Below, in pieces: positions 1 through 13,662 of a stretch of DNA of 64,000 bases (position 1 is the first letter of the stretch; every line of letters begins with the position of its first letter). The stretch is from Raillietiella orientalis (taxonomy: Eukaryota): NCBI GenBank assembly GCA_036172245.1, contig JAYWIR010000010.1, positions 4,216,001 to 4,280,000 of the forward strand. Reading direction: 5' to 3'. The notes under the pieces are model-generated. The model saw nothing but the letters and a program-made list of their open reading frames with translations, made no database searches and had not been told where the DNA came from. The position numbers and the translations under genes were made by a program.

Positions 1-103
1 AGCACTTTTCCGGCCTGGATTTGACCACACGAAGGTACCAATCATTTCGTAAGCATATTTGTAATTTTGCACGTGTAGTGGCACATTTTGACGTTGCAGC
101 CAT
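1..103 (-). CDS. Possible first coding exon of a divergently transcribed gene running off the window (MAATSKCATTRAKLQICLRNDWYLRVVKSRPEKC...)
   Basis: ATG at 103 (GACGGATGG context), frame open to the window edge, in a CpG-rich stretch head-to-head with NDOR1. No homology recognised. Confidence 0.3.
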   Translation of the reverse strand, partial: MAATSKCATTRAKLQICLRNDWYLRVVKSRPEKC

Positions 104-452
104 CCGTCGTAAGAAGTTATAGATCCTTCCACGGTTTTTCTTTGGCTATGAATTGTAATTTAGTGAGATTTGACGAATTTCGGCCGTTTCGTGGTCGTTT
201 TCCGAATTCTTGGTTTTTTTTTTGGATGCTAATCAAAGCATCCATATTATAAGTACATCAAAATGCATAACAATGGATACGATGACCGCCCTCTTGTACA
301 TTACATTACATATGGCAGACATATATAAGTTCATTGGGAATGTCAATAAAAATTTATTGCACATGTACAGATGGATATTGGACTCACAGTAAATGTAACA
401 ATTTTTAATCTAATTAGTCCAATGCCTCAAATGGATGTATATTTTTAGAAAC

Positions 453-2373
453 ATGAAACAAATGGAGACAGACAGACATGTAAATATTCTGTATGGTAGT
501 GAGACAGGTGAAACCCAAAGTGTGGCGGAAATGGCTGGAAGACAAGCTTTAAGGTTTTTTTTTTTTTGGCTTAACATAGTGAAAGCCAACTTTTCTTAGA
601 TTGCACTTGAGTGTAATGGTTCAATCAATGGATGAATTTATTGTTGCACCTTCAACCCTTCAAGGGGTATTTCTTTTCACTTGCTCCACCACAGGTCAGG
701 GAGAGGAGCCATCCAACATGAAACAGTTTTGGAAGTTTCTTTTACAGAAAAAGCTACGTGCTGATTTGTTTGCTGACATCTGCTTTGGTGTGTTAGGTTT
801 AGGGGACTCTTCATATTCAAAATTTAATTATGCTGCAAAAAAGCTTCATAAGCGATTAATTCAGCTTGGTGGAACCCCACTAAAAGAGATTGGACTTGCT
901 GATGATCAGCATGATTTGGGATCTGATGCTGTAGTTATACCTTGGCTGCAAGGGTGGTGGGAAAAAGTGCTGCAGATTTTTCCTTTACCCCTAGGTGTGA
1001 TCCCCATTCCTCCTGATGTCTTGCTTCCTCCTTGTTTTAAGCTGAAACGAACAGATGAGCCTGAAGTTCATCCTAAAACCTCTCGTTTGAAAATTCTGAA
1101 TAACCAAAGAGTTACTCCCGAAAATCATTTTCAAGATGTGAGGCTAATACAAATTGAAACATCATCATCGCATATGCCTGGAGATATTTTGAAAGTGCTG
1201 CCGCAAAATACTTATCAGAATGCACACAGACTTTTAAAACTGTTAAATGTTAATCCGGATGATGTTTTCACTTTGGAGCCATGTGATGGCAACACAAAAT
1301 TTCCAGTTATTGTTCCCTGTAGCTTCAATCACTGTGCTTTACATTATTGGGATATTCAAGCTGTCCCACGACGCTATTTCTTTGAGCTCTTGAGTCATTT
1401 CACCGATAGTGAAATGGAGAGGGACAGATTGCAAGAGTTTTTATCACCAGAAGGGCAGATGATGTTTTATGATTATTGTTATCGACCACGTCGCAGTGTG
1501 ATTGAAGTATTGCAGGATTTCCCTGGTGCCACTCGCAATATTAATTTTGACTATTTGTTTGATCTCTTCACCTGCATCAAGCCCCGAAGCTTCAGCATTG
1601 CTTCATCGTCCAAAGTAAAAATTGTTTTGTGTGCCTAATGGGTCACTATGTAGTTAAGACTTTTCCAGGTATTACAGAATTACTGGTAGTAGTAGTCAAA
1701 TATCAGACAAAACTGATAGAACCTCGGTTGGGATTATGTTCCAATTATCTAGCAAATGTGCACTGTGGAGATGAAATAGAGGCTTGCAAAGAATTGGGTA
1801 CATTAAGGTTCCCATGGGAAACTCAAGTGAGAATTTTAAGCTTGCTATTTTAAGGTTATCATTGGTCATGATGGCTTAGGTTCCATTGTTATTTATTGCC
1901 ACAGGAAGTGGGTGTGCACCATTGCGAGCTATGATACAGGATTGTCATGCAGAGGATTCTTCTTGGACATCTCCCATTTACTTTTTTTTTGGATGTCGAA
2001 GTAAGGGGAACGATGATTTCTTCAATGAGGAATGGGAAGACTTGGCTAAACAAGGAAAACTACATGTGTTTTGTGCTTATTCTAGGGACCAGTCACACAA
2101 AATGTAAGAGGGTATAGGATTATAGGCCACACATGGATTTCCAGTTATGTGCAGCATGTTCTCAAACAACACAGTGCTCTTGTGTGGGACCTTGTAGAAC
2201 TTCGAGGTGCATGGGTATTTGTCTGTGGTAATGCTAAGCAGATGCCAGATGATGTAGTCAATGCACTACTTGAAGTATTCCAAAAAGAAGGTTCCATGAT
2301 GCTTGAAGAAGCAAAAGCATACCTGAAAGGACTGGAAACTGCAAAACGTTTTCAGACAGAAACCTGGTCTTAA
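453..2373 (+). CDS. NDOR1: NADPH-dependent diflavin oxidoreductase 1 (Tah18/NR1), ~578 aa
   Basis: Exons 453-553, 600-1614, 1659-1826, 1880-2103, 2145-2373; all GT-AG, phases consistent, total 1737 nt. Motifs: ILYGSETG, CSTTGQGEEP, GLGDSSYSKFNYAAKKLHKRL, DYCYRPRR, PRSFSIASS, ATGSGCAP, FFGCR, VCGNAKQMP, terminal RFQTETWS. Confidence 0.96.
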
Positions 2374-2396
2374 CCTAAAAAGCTACTAGTACGTTA

Positions 2397-2402
2397 AATA
2401 AA
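2397..2402 (+). promoter_or_regulatory. Polyadenylation signal of NDOR1
   Basis: AATAAA beginning 24 nt after the NDOR1 stop codon. Confidence 0.6.
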
Positions 2403-2484
2403 CATGATTGTTACACAAACATGTACTTCATGATCATTTCTCTCTGTGCATATTTCCATGATACTTATAAAAGACCATATAATC

Positions 2485-5400
2485 CTAAGATACCCCATTT
2501 GGAAAATCTGGCAGATGCTTCCGTGGTCTTCCACGCTTACGTTTTACTGGAACAGCTGGGAAAATATCAGGCGGGCTGCTCTCCATTAATGAGTTTTCAC
2601 TAGCTGAATCTGCACTATCTTCTACAAAATCTTCTGGAATATCCTTTTCCAGTGATAGACCTTGAATTTGGAGAATTTCTTGTAACTGAGACACCTCTTT
2701 TGCATCATGTTCATCACACACATAACCCAGGCATCCCTGCTGCACAATGCGTCCATCATCATGCCGTTTGCACAAGGAACTGGGGCAGTGAGTGCATTGA
2801 ACAGTTACTGATTGGCCACAAATGTCACAATGATGCCAAGGGCATTCCCAGCGACCCGTGGGAACAGCAGTCAATTCCAAACATTGCAAATGATATGCTT
2901 TGGGACAAGTTTTTCTGTCACAAACTAAGAGTCCACCACCTTCTCCACAACGGAAGCACTCATGTTCAATACGTTTCCACAGCTGTTGTCTCCGCACTTT
3001 TTTAGGTTTGGGTTTCTTCTCTTTGGGTACCTCTGTGTTCTGTAAGCATCTGAATAGGTTCCGCCTTATAAAATACATATGCTTTACCTTGACCTTTATA
3101 CCAATGAACCCACTACAGTTCTCTGATTTGCACTCACAGCGTTTCTTGTCATCACCAACAACTTCTAGATTGTAATTGAAGTTCAATTCCTCATTAGCTG
3201 CAATGTCCCGCAGGGCAAAAATACCAACTCTTGTGTCTCCATTCACAGTCCATTTTTGTGTTTCACAGTTTGGACTACATGAATGATTCATAAATCTGCA
3301 CACATAATTTAACCCATCTCTGGCTCACTCAAAAGATATGCCAAACCTCGAAAGATTTCCTTTGGGTCCAGCATCAATGATGCGGTCCTTATCAAGAGTG
3401 AGAAAGTAAAAATTGTGTTCACTGCTGGCATGACATTCAGCAATACGGTGGGTGCATGTCTCTGGACTTATCAGCTCACCAACGTACTCAATGATAAAGT
3501 CGCCTTTAAATAAAGGCAACAAAGTTCGCAAGCCCCATCCTCTGTCAGTAGTACGAAAAACTTCCAAAGGTGGATACTGACATTTTCGAAATCTTTGATT
3601 CTGGCAGTTTTCTTTTGCTCGACACACATTGGGGTGGCATTCAATCATCATAATTCTTATCAATGCATCAGCAATTGCTTCTGAATCAGAACCTCACCTG
3701 TTCAAACAGTTACTGTCGGAACCACAAGGATGTTCCAGTAAAGGATTGCAATCACACTGATTAATTTTAGACAGGTCACATTCTGGCATAATCACATCAA
3801 CAGGACGGTTGCTACGAATTCGAATAAATGGTGGTGGTTTCTAAGAATGCACCTAATTATTATCCTACTGTGATTCCTCACCCTACATGATTATTTTTTG
3901 CTTCCTGCTTCACAGTATGCAGGTTGCGTTTGTGCATCAACTGATTGTAAGCCTTGGCTGCTTCATCCAGAGCTGTCTGGAATGAGGCTGCTAAGGCAGA
4001 GCCCGATCTCCTGCATTTCACGCTGGAATCCTAAAAGTGAATTATTTCACGGTCTTTTGAAATTAATTCACTAACCCCTTCTTCATATAAAAATACTTTT
4101 CCCTGAGAACTCCAGTAATAATCATGAGACCCGAAAAAACGCACAGGAAATTCCCCAGGAAGATGAGATAATCGTAAAATATTGGCAGGCAAAGAGCGTG
4201 GATGCACAACTTCAGCTGGCCACCATCGATAGCTTCCCACTTTAACCCACACAATATCCTCATAAAGAGGCAATCTTCCTGATTCACAGTCTTCACAATA
4301 AAAGTTTCCTTCTGGAGGGTGAAACTTGAGGCATTCATGGTGAAAACATGCTGGACAGTTATCACAACAAATGAGTGAACCTCCTTGAGAACAGATAAAA
4401 CACCAGCCAGCTGATACATGAGACTGGGCTCTACGCTGTGGAGAATAATGTTTAGGACAAACAATGTAGCCTCCAGATACAATAGTACTGCCAGCAGGTA
4501 GACACCTGTCCGCTACATGCCCATTAGATTAAGATTCATATTCTTGCATAATCATACTTGCATGATAAGCTGAAGGGCAACGGAGACATTTGAGTAATCT
4601 GGAAACATTAGACTGTGCAGCAGGTGGTGGATCCTTAGGATTGTCTGATGCACATGTATGACATATGTGAAAAGGACACATAACAGAATCTGGACACAAG
4701 CATCATTTCATCACATGATTTAGGGGATGAGAACTATCTTACCTGAACAACATCGTGCTTGGGGGAACAATTTAAAACAATTTTTATGGTAATATTTGCC
4801 ACAAGTGTTTACTTTGCAAGGAAGCAGATAACCATCAGATTGGTGACAAATAAAGCACCTGTGTTGACCTGTTTGACATGCAGCACATTTGTACCCTGAA
4901 TCCCCCACTTGTTCCATCTTGGCACATGTCACATGATATGTTCCATGGCAACGGCCCACACATTTCTGAAGGTTGTCTCCTGCTGGCTGCTCGCAAATCA
5001 CACATGGTTTATCACCTTTTAGGTAATTCTTTGGATGCCACTTGTGATCTGGCTCTTCACTGCTCACAGATTCATTATCAGAGCGCACAGGGTCAGGCCT
5101 CTTCATCATTTCTTTTTTTGATTTGCTAGTATTAATAGACCCTTTCTTTTCATCGTGAAAGTTATTTTCGTTAGGAAGTAAAATCTCCTTCTTCAGGAAG
5201 CTTTCACTGCTACCATTTAAACTGACAGAAAGAGTTTGAGGGGCTGGAATTTCAAAAGTGGATTCTAAGCGTCTAGCAAGCATCTGACGGGTTACTGTCC
5301 CTTCTTCCTTTGAATTCTGAGTTTCTGTCATCAAATTTTCTTTAGCAGCAAACTCCTGCCTAGCCCGATATCGAGCTCGTTGATGATCTTTCATCTTGTG

Positions 5401-6860
5401 CCACCGTCTTTTCAGCATGCGCTGAATGCTTCGATCACTAAGAGCAGGGTTAGATTCTCGATAATCTTCCAAATATTTTTCCAAAAATACTTTGAAACTA
5501 CCCCCATGTGATGGTTTTGTATTATTTTTAAATGGTGAGTCATCACTCCATTCTTGTTCTGGAGACAGTTTAGATTTGTCTTCCTTTAATGATTTCTTAA
5601 GGGTGTGATAATCTGATGCTTGTGTCTTAAATGATACTTTCCATTCTTTATTACTTTCTGTCAGTGTATTATCATTTTTTTTAGGTGTCTGAAAAGCATC
5701 AATCCGCTTCCCAAATTCCTGCATACGAGAAGAGCTGACACAAGGATTACTGACAATAAATCTTCAAACTTACTGATCCATTTCTAAATGCTCCTCCAGT
5801 TCTTGGATGCCTTTTATCCACTTGGAACGGAATCGACTTGAAATGGTAAAGTAAGCATGCCACTCTTTTTTCAGTTTTTTCTGCAAGAAATCATCAGATC
5901 TTTGTCTACAATTTTATGTGACTCACATCAGCATTCACCTGCTGCACCAAAGTTTCAAAATGAGCACGCCCTTCATAACGCAACAAATAACGACAACCAA
6001 TATAACTTCGTGTATAATCACCAAAAAAACGAACATAATAATACCGAGTTGGTGTTTTTGGCTTCCCTATTTAAATGAGTGATTGCAACTCAGAAAGTTT
6101 CAAGTCTGTCTCACCAATACTGGTTTTTGTACTACGAAGTTGCTGATGACTTCCTGTTTCAGGATCTTCAGTAATCATACTAGGCCAAAAAGGATACCCA
6201 CGAATACCAGCCCATACTAAATCACCAGGCTGCCATTCTATGACACGAGATGTCTCCAAAAAGTCATGTACCTGTGTCTGTTGTTTGTAGGAATAAAGCT
6301 TTGCATACTAATTCATTTTACCATTTCTGATGTTTCTGATTCATTTGCCAATAAATCACTTTCTGAATTGAAACTGGTATTTCTTTCATCTGCTTCTGTA
6401 ATTACGCTATCAATTCCAAATAGTTCTACAGAATTTTCTGGTTTTAAGACACTGTCATCATAAGCAAATGAACATGAATTAACTGCTGATTGTATAGAAA
6501 GTTCATCTTCTGTTTCATTGACAGGACTGCTCACATTTAAAACATTCAATTCATGCTGCATATTCAAGAACATAAAAGTTTTTAATAAAACACAAAATCA
6601 CTTACAGTTTGAGATTCTAAAAGGTTATCACATATTGCAGATTTAAGATTATCTGATTCATATGTAATGCTGGTTTCAGAAGAGTTTTCTTTCTCCAATT
6701 TAACACCTGTCAGTGTATGCATCTCACTATCGTTATCTTTCTTCTGTAGTCTTAAAGATAATTTAGATTGTCTGAGAGGCTTTGTTTGAGTGGTCTCTAT
6801 CCTATGATCAGGTGTTGCATTGGTTACAGTGGAAATCATATATTCCATTAATTCCTCCAT
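2485..6860 (-). CDS. NSD2: NSD-family (NSD2/WHSC1/Mes-4-like) histone H3K36 methyltransferase, ~1270 aa: PWWP-HMG-PHDs-PWWP-AWS-SET-postSET-PHD/C5HCH, C-terminal AT-hook
   Basis: Exons 6860-6606, 6555-6322, 6271(or 6277)-6115, 6066-5927, 5880-5774, 5734-4743, 4689-4558, 4512-4076, 4030-3887, 3840-3698, 3655-3347, 3295-3088, 3039-2485; GT-AG, total 3813 nt. Motifs: GDLVWAGIRGYPFWP, HMG-like FLEKYLEDYRESNP...RWHKM, [85 protein letters not shown]. Start codon is uncertain. Confidence 0.93.
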
Positions 6861-9800
6861 AAATATAATCCTCAATTATTGCTATGCAAAATTATGAAAA
6901 CTGGAATAGATAAATATGCAATAAGGTCTGCTGCATAAAATGAACGTCCATTATTGATAGTAAAATACCACACAATAACATTTAAAACACTTTTCGACAA
7001 ATCTGTTAATACTATTATCCATGTAAATACATATCTGTTGAAATGATGCTTAATTTGAGCATTTTGAAAACGAAAACTTTGAAAAATCATTTATTGTAAG
7101 AACACCGTTGATGATACATTAAGAAATCAATACAGAATGGGTTACATGTTATGAATGTTTTTATTACAATATTAAATAACTGGCCTTTTATTATATTTTC
7201 TGTCTTTAATTGTACAAGTCGAAAAAAATGTTTAAACATTCAATAAACAATCAACATTAATTTTTACAACATGAAAACGAAAAAATCGATATTCAATTAT
7301 AAATACATGGATTATAATTACTGTAAGGCATAATCCCGTCCCTATTTATACTTTAAATTCGACGGAAATTCTGAATTATACATAATGTAATAGATCGTGG
7401 ATTCCAAACACATCTTACAAAATATTCAACCTTCGTGACTGAACCCTGTCAATATCAAAAATGAAAACCTTTAAAAAAAAATTTTTTTATCATTTGTTCT
7501 GTTCTTAACGTTCCATTTCTTCGTCCCATTGCTCACCGAATGTAAGAAAAAATTCTGGAAACCATACTTTCATGAATATTTTAATTTGCAACTAAAAGAC
7601 CTTGCTTATGCACATATCACAACTTTTGGATGGCCAAGGACTGTTTTTAACACATCATACATAAATAATACTTACTTAACACTACAAACACTTAGCACAT
7701 ATCTTATTTGCTGGCAGCTCAATCTTCATTAACAATCTCATAATTCTTACAAACGGTAGTATCAAAACTAAAAATTCTTTACATTTAAACTTCGAATGCT
7801 GGATGAAATATTTCATAAACCTCAAATGCCAAGCACATATCTCCCACTCAAATTGTACTAAAAACTTTCAAGGAAACATGTTTACTCATTATTGCATAAA
7901 ATATACCAATCTTCTTGGCATTGATTAGATATACAGTAGTATATATGTACACATTTCACTGCTTTGAACCTGATCACTGAACTTTTTAATAAATCAGAAC
8001 GGGAATCTTTATCGAAAAAGCTTCAAATCATGTTCAAGCATTTTCTACAGCTAGATTTGAATTTATGTACATAAAGCAAACATCGACAGCGGCTTGTACT
8101 CCCGCCTAATTCAAAAAACTGGGAAACAATCATCCAACACACAAATCTAGAGTTTTCAAAGGATTTTATTTTTCAGGAAAAAAAAAAGTGAAGCCCATTG
8201 AGAAATATCGTTTCGGCTTATATCTTTATTAGGCATTGTGGAGTTTTGTGGAGTCATGAATTAATATGCTCCACAATGCTATTCATAAACTAATTCTATT
8301 CTTCAATATTCATGTTTATAATTTTGCATTTTCATAATTTGGAAGATTTTTTGCGATTTTTTTATTGCATAGTTTTATTAGTCTGTTATGTATCCATGAT
8401 GTTTAACATCAATTGTAAGAGATGATCCTTCCTTGGAACCTCTCAGATGCATATTTTATCCTAACTGATGGTTTAATGAATAAAGCAAAGGTTTGTTCCT
8501 TAAAACCAGTGTCATAATTACATAACTGAGATCTTAATATAAAGGGGAATTCGAATGTATGCAGGATGAACTTTCAAAAGCTTTCAATTTCTTTTGCTTT
8601 CGTCGACGCGTAAATACATTTTTTTTTTTTTTTTTTTCAAGGTTCACGATCCATGTACGAACTAAAACGGTTTGAAGAGGGTATCTCGTGTATTTCATGC
8701 ACTATGATTTGACACATATAAAGCCACAGAGTTTCAAACTGTCTATATTTCATGCGATTTGGCATTATCTTCTGAGAAGAAATTTGTTAAAAAGCATGAC
8801 TGACTGCAAAGTGACATGCATTCCAACTTTTGCAAATGCCTACCTGTTGATAATGTTCATATGTCATTGTGGAAAGTGTTTTGTCTTCAGTTTTCATGGC
8901 ATTTAACAATAAAGAGCAGACAATCCAATTTTCGCTTTTCAGAGGACAGATGGTGAGCAATGGCTCACAGAGACATTCTAAACAGCTGCTTACAATCACA
9001 GCAATAAATCTTACTAACTGGTTGAATTACATCATTTCATAGTATGTATTCTTAGCAATCCTATTCTCACACGGAGCAATCATAGCACCTATAATTATGA
9101 AAGCACTCTGCAGCAACATCCTCAATTTTCCTAATGATGCTCATTTGAGCAAAGAACTTCATTTCCGAAATCCTTGAACTGCCTAACATCCTTATCGCTA
9201 ACAGTTGTTAAAATTCTGGTTTTTGATTTCATTGCAGTAGAAAGCATATATCCATTTCTCAAAGGCAGCTTCTCTGTATTAGGTGACATCATCCTGGTGC
9301 CCGTTTTGCACCTCTTTTTAGTATAAACAATAGCACTTGGTTGTTGCTTTAACAGTTCACAAGGAAGAGGCAGCTCTAAATTTCCCGTTCCATACTAGTC
9401 AGATGAATCCTTTCCCGTTCTCTATTCTTTTGGATGAATTTCTGGTCTAAAAGTGTTTCAGAAGTTGTCTTATGGAGTGGAAACTTTTAAACAAACTTTC
9501 ATCTTGCGCATTTCCAGACATTGGACCAAAGGTAAAGTCTTCCCTGACTGGGTGATCATGCACATTTATCATTGTGTGCTTGAAAGAATAAGGAGTTTCT
9601 TGAACTTGATAAAAATAAAAATCATATCTCGAAAATCTTTGCACCTCCCGTGCATCTTATGCATCTAAATTTCTCCTAAAAAAACAAAAGAAAACATGGC
9701 TTTAGACAATAAAAAACAAAGTAAATAAACATCAGTTGTATATTAAGCAACTGCTAGAACCAAACAAATCGAAAAATAAGTGTTTCTGAACACAAATTAA

Positions 9801-12800
9801 GTACGCTTTAGTACTTTTCATGCTCTCTGAGTATGAATTTCTTTCCATCAGGTGCACTAGACAACTGGCTGCCCAGTCTGCTCATGAAACACTTTGGTCA
9901 CACGCATGAAACTGAAAGATGCCCGAAACATCTAATACTGTTTCTATGGAAGAGTTCCAAACTCAGAAATAGATAGATTATAGAGGGCAACAGTAAAATT
10001 GATCTCCCAGTAACCGTTCCAATAACCATTGTATTATAAGATCGTTTGGATTCAACGAAACAAATAGCAACGACTAGAGTAAAAAACAGTAATGATTGGA
10101 TTGTTTTTGAATTTTGTTAAGCTAAGAGGAGTAAGTTTTGGACTGAAATGGGATTTGGTCTACTAAATCAATATACATAAAAGCAAGTCGCGTATATAAT
10201 TTTTTTTTTTTTTTTTTAAATAGAATCCTAGTCACAAAATTAATAAGAGTCCATGGGGTATTACCGTCCGCTCCATTATTTGCTCTACTACTATTTGCTC
10301 TGCTACTCTGTAACTCTGAGATCAAACTCAGAAGAGAGTTAATTATTGGTTTCGAGCAGACGAAATAACTGTCAATGAGGGGGAATGAACGCAGACGATT
10401 CTGCTTGCGTTCATCAACATAGCAATTATCCTACTCGGTGCAGAGAGACCACAAAAACCATATTACAAAATTAAGTTGAAATACCTAATGAACATGTGAG
10501 GATCTTTATAGTGTTTCCTGTGTTGGCTCCAGGAAGCATCGGATCCTCTTCACACACTTTTCCTTTGTTAATGAGAACCATAGAAACAAGAATCCACTTC
10601 AGTCCTGGATCACCGAGGCATATAAGATTTGTGAATCAGGAAAATGGCAATAGTGATGCTTGGAAAGCGAGTAGATGATTTTTTTTTTGTACATAATGCT
10701 TTTCGCAAATCCTCATTAGAAAATTCCAGCGGGATGAAATCAAGAGAGTGTCGGGATGAACTGTCCCTTCAGCCCGCCAATCGTCCAGGGAATTCCGCTT
10801 TGCTGCTGTTCCAGAAGCAATGGGAACGAGTTGTTCCAACACTTGCTTGTACACGATCCTTGTCGCAGTGCTTTCAATGAGGTGAAGAGCTCCTCACAAT
10901 TCATTTATGAATCGGATCTCGAGAAATTTTCCATTCCAGACCGTCTTCCGTTGGACTTCTGCATCACATGTGCCTATTAAGAATCCTATATCTGAATCAT
11001 GGCTGGCAAACCTGCTCTGATAATGGAATGTGATTCATCCAGAGACGCTTCCAGCTGCAAAAACTTGTTGTCTTCGTTAACTATTCCAACACATACTCGG
11101 CAGATTTGACCTTTTTTTGGGTCTCATCTTATAACGCCTGCAAGCTTTGCACTTTGGCTTGTACAAAGAGTACAGGCGTTTGGAGATGCGCAACTACGAC
11201 TTGGCATGTGCAGTCCGGACGCAACAGTTGCTGGTGACTAGCTGTGGGAATCTGAAGCTTCTCGTAATACAATGCAGCTTTGATTCTATGGCATCCACCC
11301 AAAGTGGGCATAGGATGCAGGATACCTTCCTGGTCATGAAGCTTTCATCACGCTGTTGACACAAACTGGTGTGATATTGGGGCTTTATGCCACACGTAAC
11401 CGAATACGTCATATTTGTTCAGTGTACACACAGCCTCACCTATTAAAAACAAATGTGTTGCCCGTGTCGAAAGTGATTAGTCGTCCTTTTCCCGTTCGGT
11501 CTGAAAACCGCACACGAGCAGCATCCGTTCTTCAGCGTCGTCTCCTCTGGCTCACAAAATACCGGCTTCCCATTCTGTGACTTCATCATACATCACGTAC
11601 TCTGAATTTGTACAAAGTAACAGAACACCGGTTTTTCTGATACCTGCCAGCCAAACAACTGCAGTTGCGCGTGACTGTTCCGGAAATCGAAATACATTTA
11701 CAATCTCGGATTGTACGCGGTAAACCCAGGGGAATATTAATGAGATGAACAAAGGTTGGTGGTGTTCAAATCTCGAAATCGCTCATGAAGTACCGAAAAG
11801 GCACACCCGAATTTTAAGAAATTCATTATCAGAAAGCGAAAGGAATGCACGGAACACGGAATTGTAGAAACGCGTTTCAGCTCTGGTGTTTTATTTAATT
11901 ATTCATTCAAAGGAAAGGAGGATGAAATACGACGCAATTGCTGGTTTTATGTAGACTGCGAACTTTTTCGAACGCAGAGAGAAAAAAAAAAAAATCATCT
12001 TCGGTGCTTTTGACAGTCACACGAGGAGCACTTCCAGACAAGAGTTCAAGTAATTTGTACGTAACTCTTGATTAAATGATTTGACGGCACAATAATCATT
12101 CACTTATCTTAGTGCTGTTGCTAGGCAACAGCAACACATTCCTGGTGCCTTTTGTGGAGTCTGGATATGACGTAAATGTAAACCATTATTGGTTAGGTTC
12201 TATCATCATCGCATTGATAAAGCATGGAAAGGTTATTAAGTCTACGAGGTCATATAAATAATGAAATGCCAGATTAATGAAACTGTTCCAACAAAATGCT
12301 ACAGAAGTTATACCTGGGGGATTTCAAGGAACGATCCCAAGTCCAAACAGCTACATTATGTTGAGATAATTGTGTATGAAAATAAATTACGATGATGGGA
12401 ACGATAAAAGGACAAGCATGTGATGAATTGTTTCTTGTTTTTCTTTTTTTTTCATGAACCCTTGAAAATTCATGAGCATTTTTTTGCCTAACATAAAATT
12501 TCAGCCCGTCTGCCGGATCGAGCAATTGAGAAAAGATGTACCGAATCGTTGGCGTAGGCCACTGCAAGATGGCAAAATGGAGGCACATCAAAAAGTGCCC
12601 AGAGCTGACTTGACGCAAATACTTATTTACGGCACGCCTAGAAAGGTTTTCTTGTAGAATTGGACTCTGTGCATGCCGTTACTTATCCATGTAAATCAAA
12701 CATTGCAGTGCCGTTAGCTTGTGTCATCGAATCAGCACGATGTTCAGCAGTCCCAAAGCCACGCGCCGAGCCGCTGTGCTGGACGTGCCGCATCTTTCCC

Positions 12801-13619
12801 CGAAGTAGGTTCGAGAGTACACCTCAGCCCCATATTTCAAGAACATCACCTATTTCAAGAACTTTCTTGGGATGGATGCTGCGTAGAAGATTCTCCAGAG
12901 CTAGGCACAGGATTTGATAGGGAAATGCGTCCAGGAATGAGTGAAAATCAGTAAAGCACCAAAACGAACCGAAACCGTCATTCTGTGAAGATAATCTGTC
13001 CACATGGATCTCATGGAAACTGACTACAAGCAAGGTGCTCATAATTCTATATATGAGGTCAAGGTTCGTTGGCAAAAATTTCAAGACGTGTGTTTTCTAG
13101 GAAATCGCAAGGTGTGCAAGTCCCAAGACAGTGCACAGGAAGGAGTTTTCCAGTTCACTGGACTCGTGACCTCACGGAAATCCCATAAACCCCTGATCGG
13201 GGAGCTGGGATCAAACAGGAACAATACGCAAGAAGGATCCAGTCCGAACCTCATCCCTCCGACCGGCAACCCGGGTGCATCGAAGCAACTGCAAGGGCGA
13301 TGTGTGGCTCATGGTCTCCCTGAAGAATCGGTGTTGGGGAGTCCCAAACCCGTCAGGGGGCGAAGCTGCTACCCCGCAGCTGATCCTGTCGTCATGGCAC
13401 ACTTCGGTTTCATGTAACGTGCAGCAACAACACTAGGAATTCCCTTCGTGAAACGCAACCAATTTCACCGTCTTTCGATTCTGGGAAGCTCCGGTCACAT
13501 CGTGCACTGCTGACAGCACCCTCCTACCCGTTAAAAAAATCGCAATGATTTTACACGGACTAAGAATTTCAGAGCGCCTCGCGCTTAATTCTTCTTTTCC
13601 TCTTGTATAGAGATTGAAT

Positions 13620-13662
13620 ACGATCAAGGAATCAAATGTATTTCATTTGATTCCTTGATCGT
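13620..13662. repeat. Perfect inverted repeat, 19-bp stem with 5-nt loop
   Basis: ACGATCAAGGAATCAAATG-TATTT-CATTTGATTCCTTGATCGT. Confidence 0.9.

Noticed and set aside
8415..8530. Possible C/D-box snoRNAs (TGAT...CTGA)
   Set aside because: No canonical RUGAUGA box, terminal stem or recognisable antisense element.
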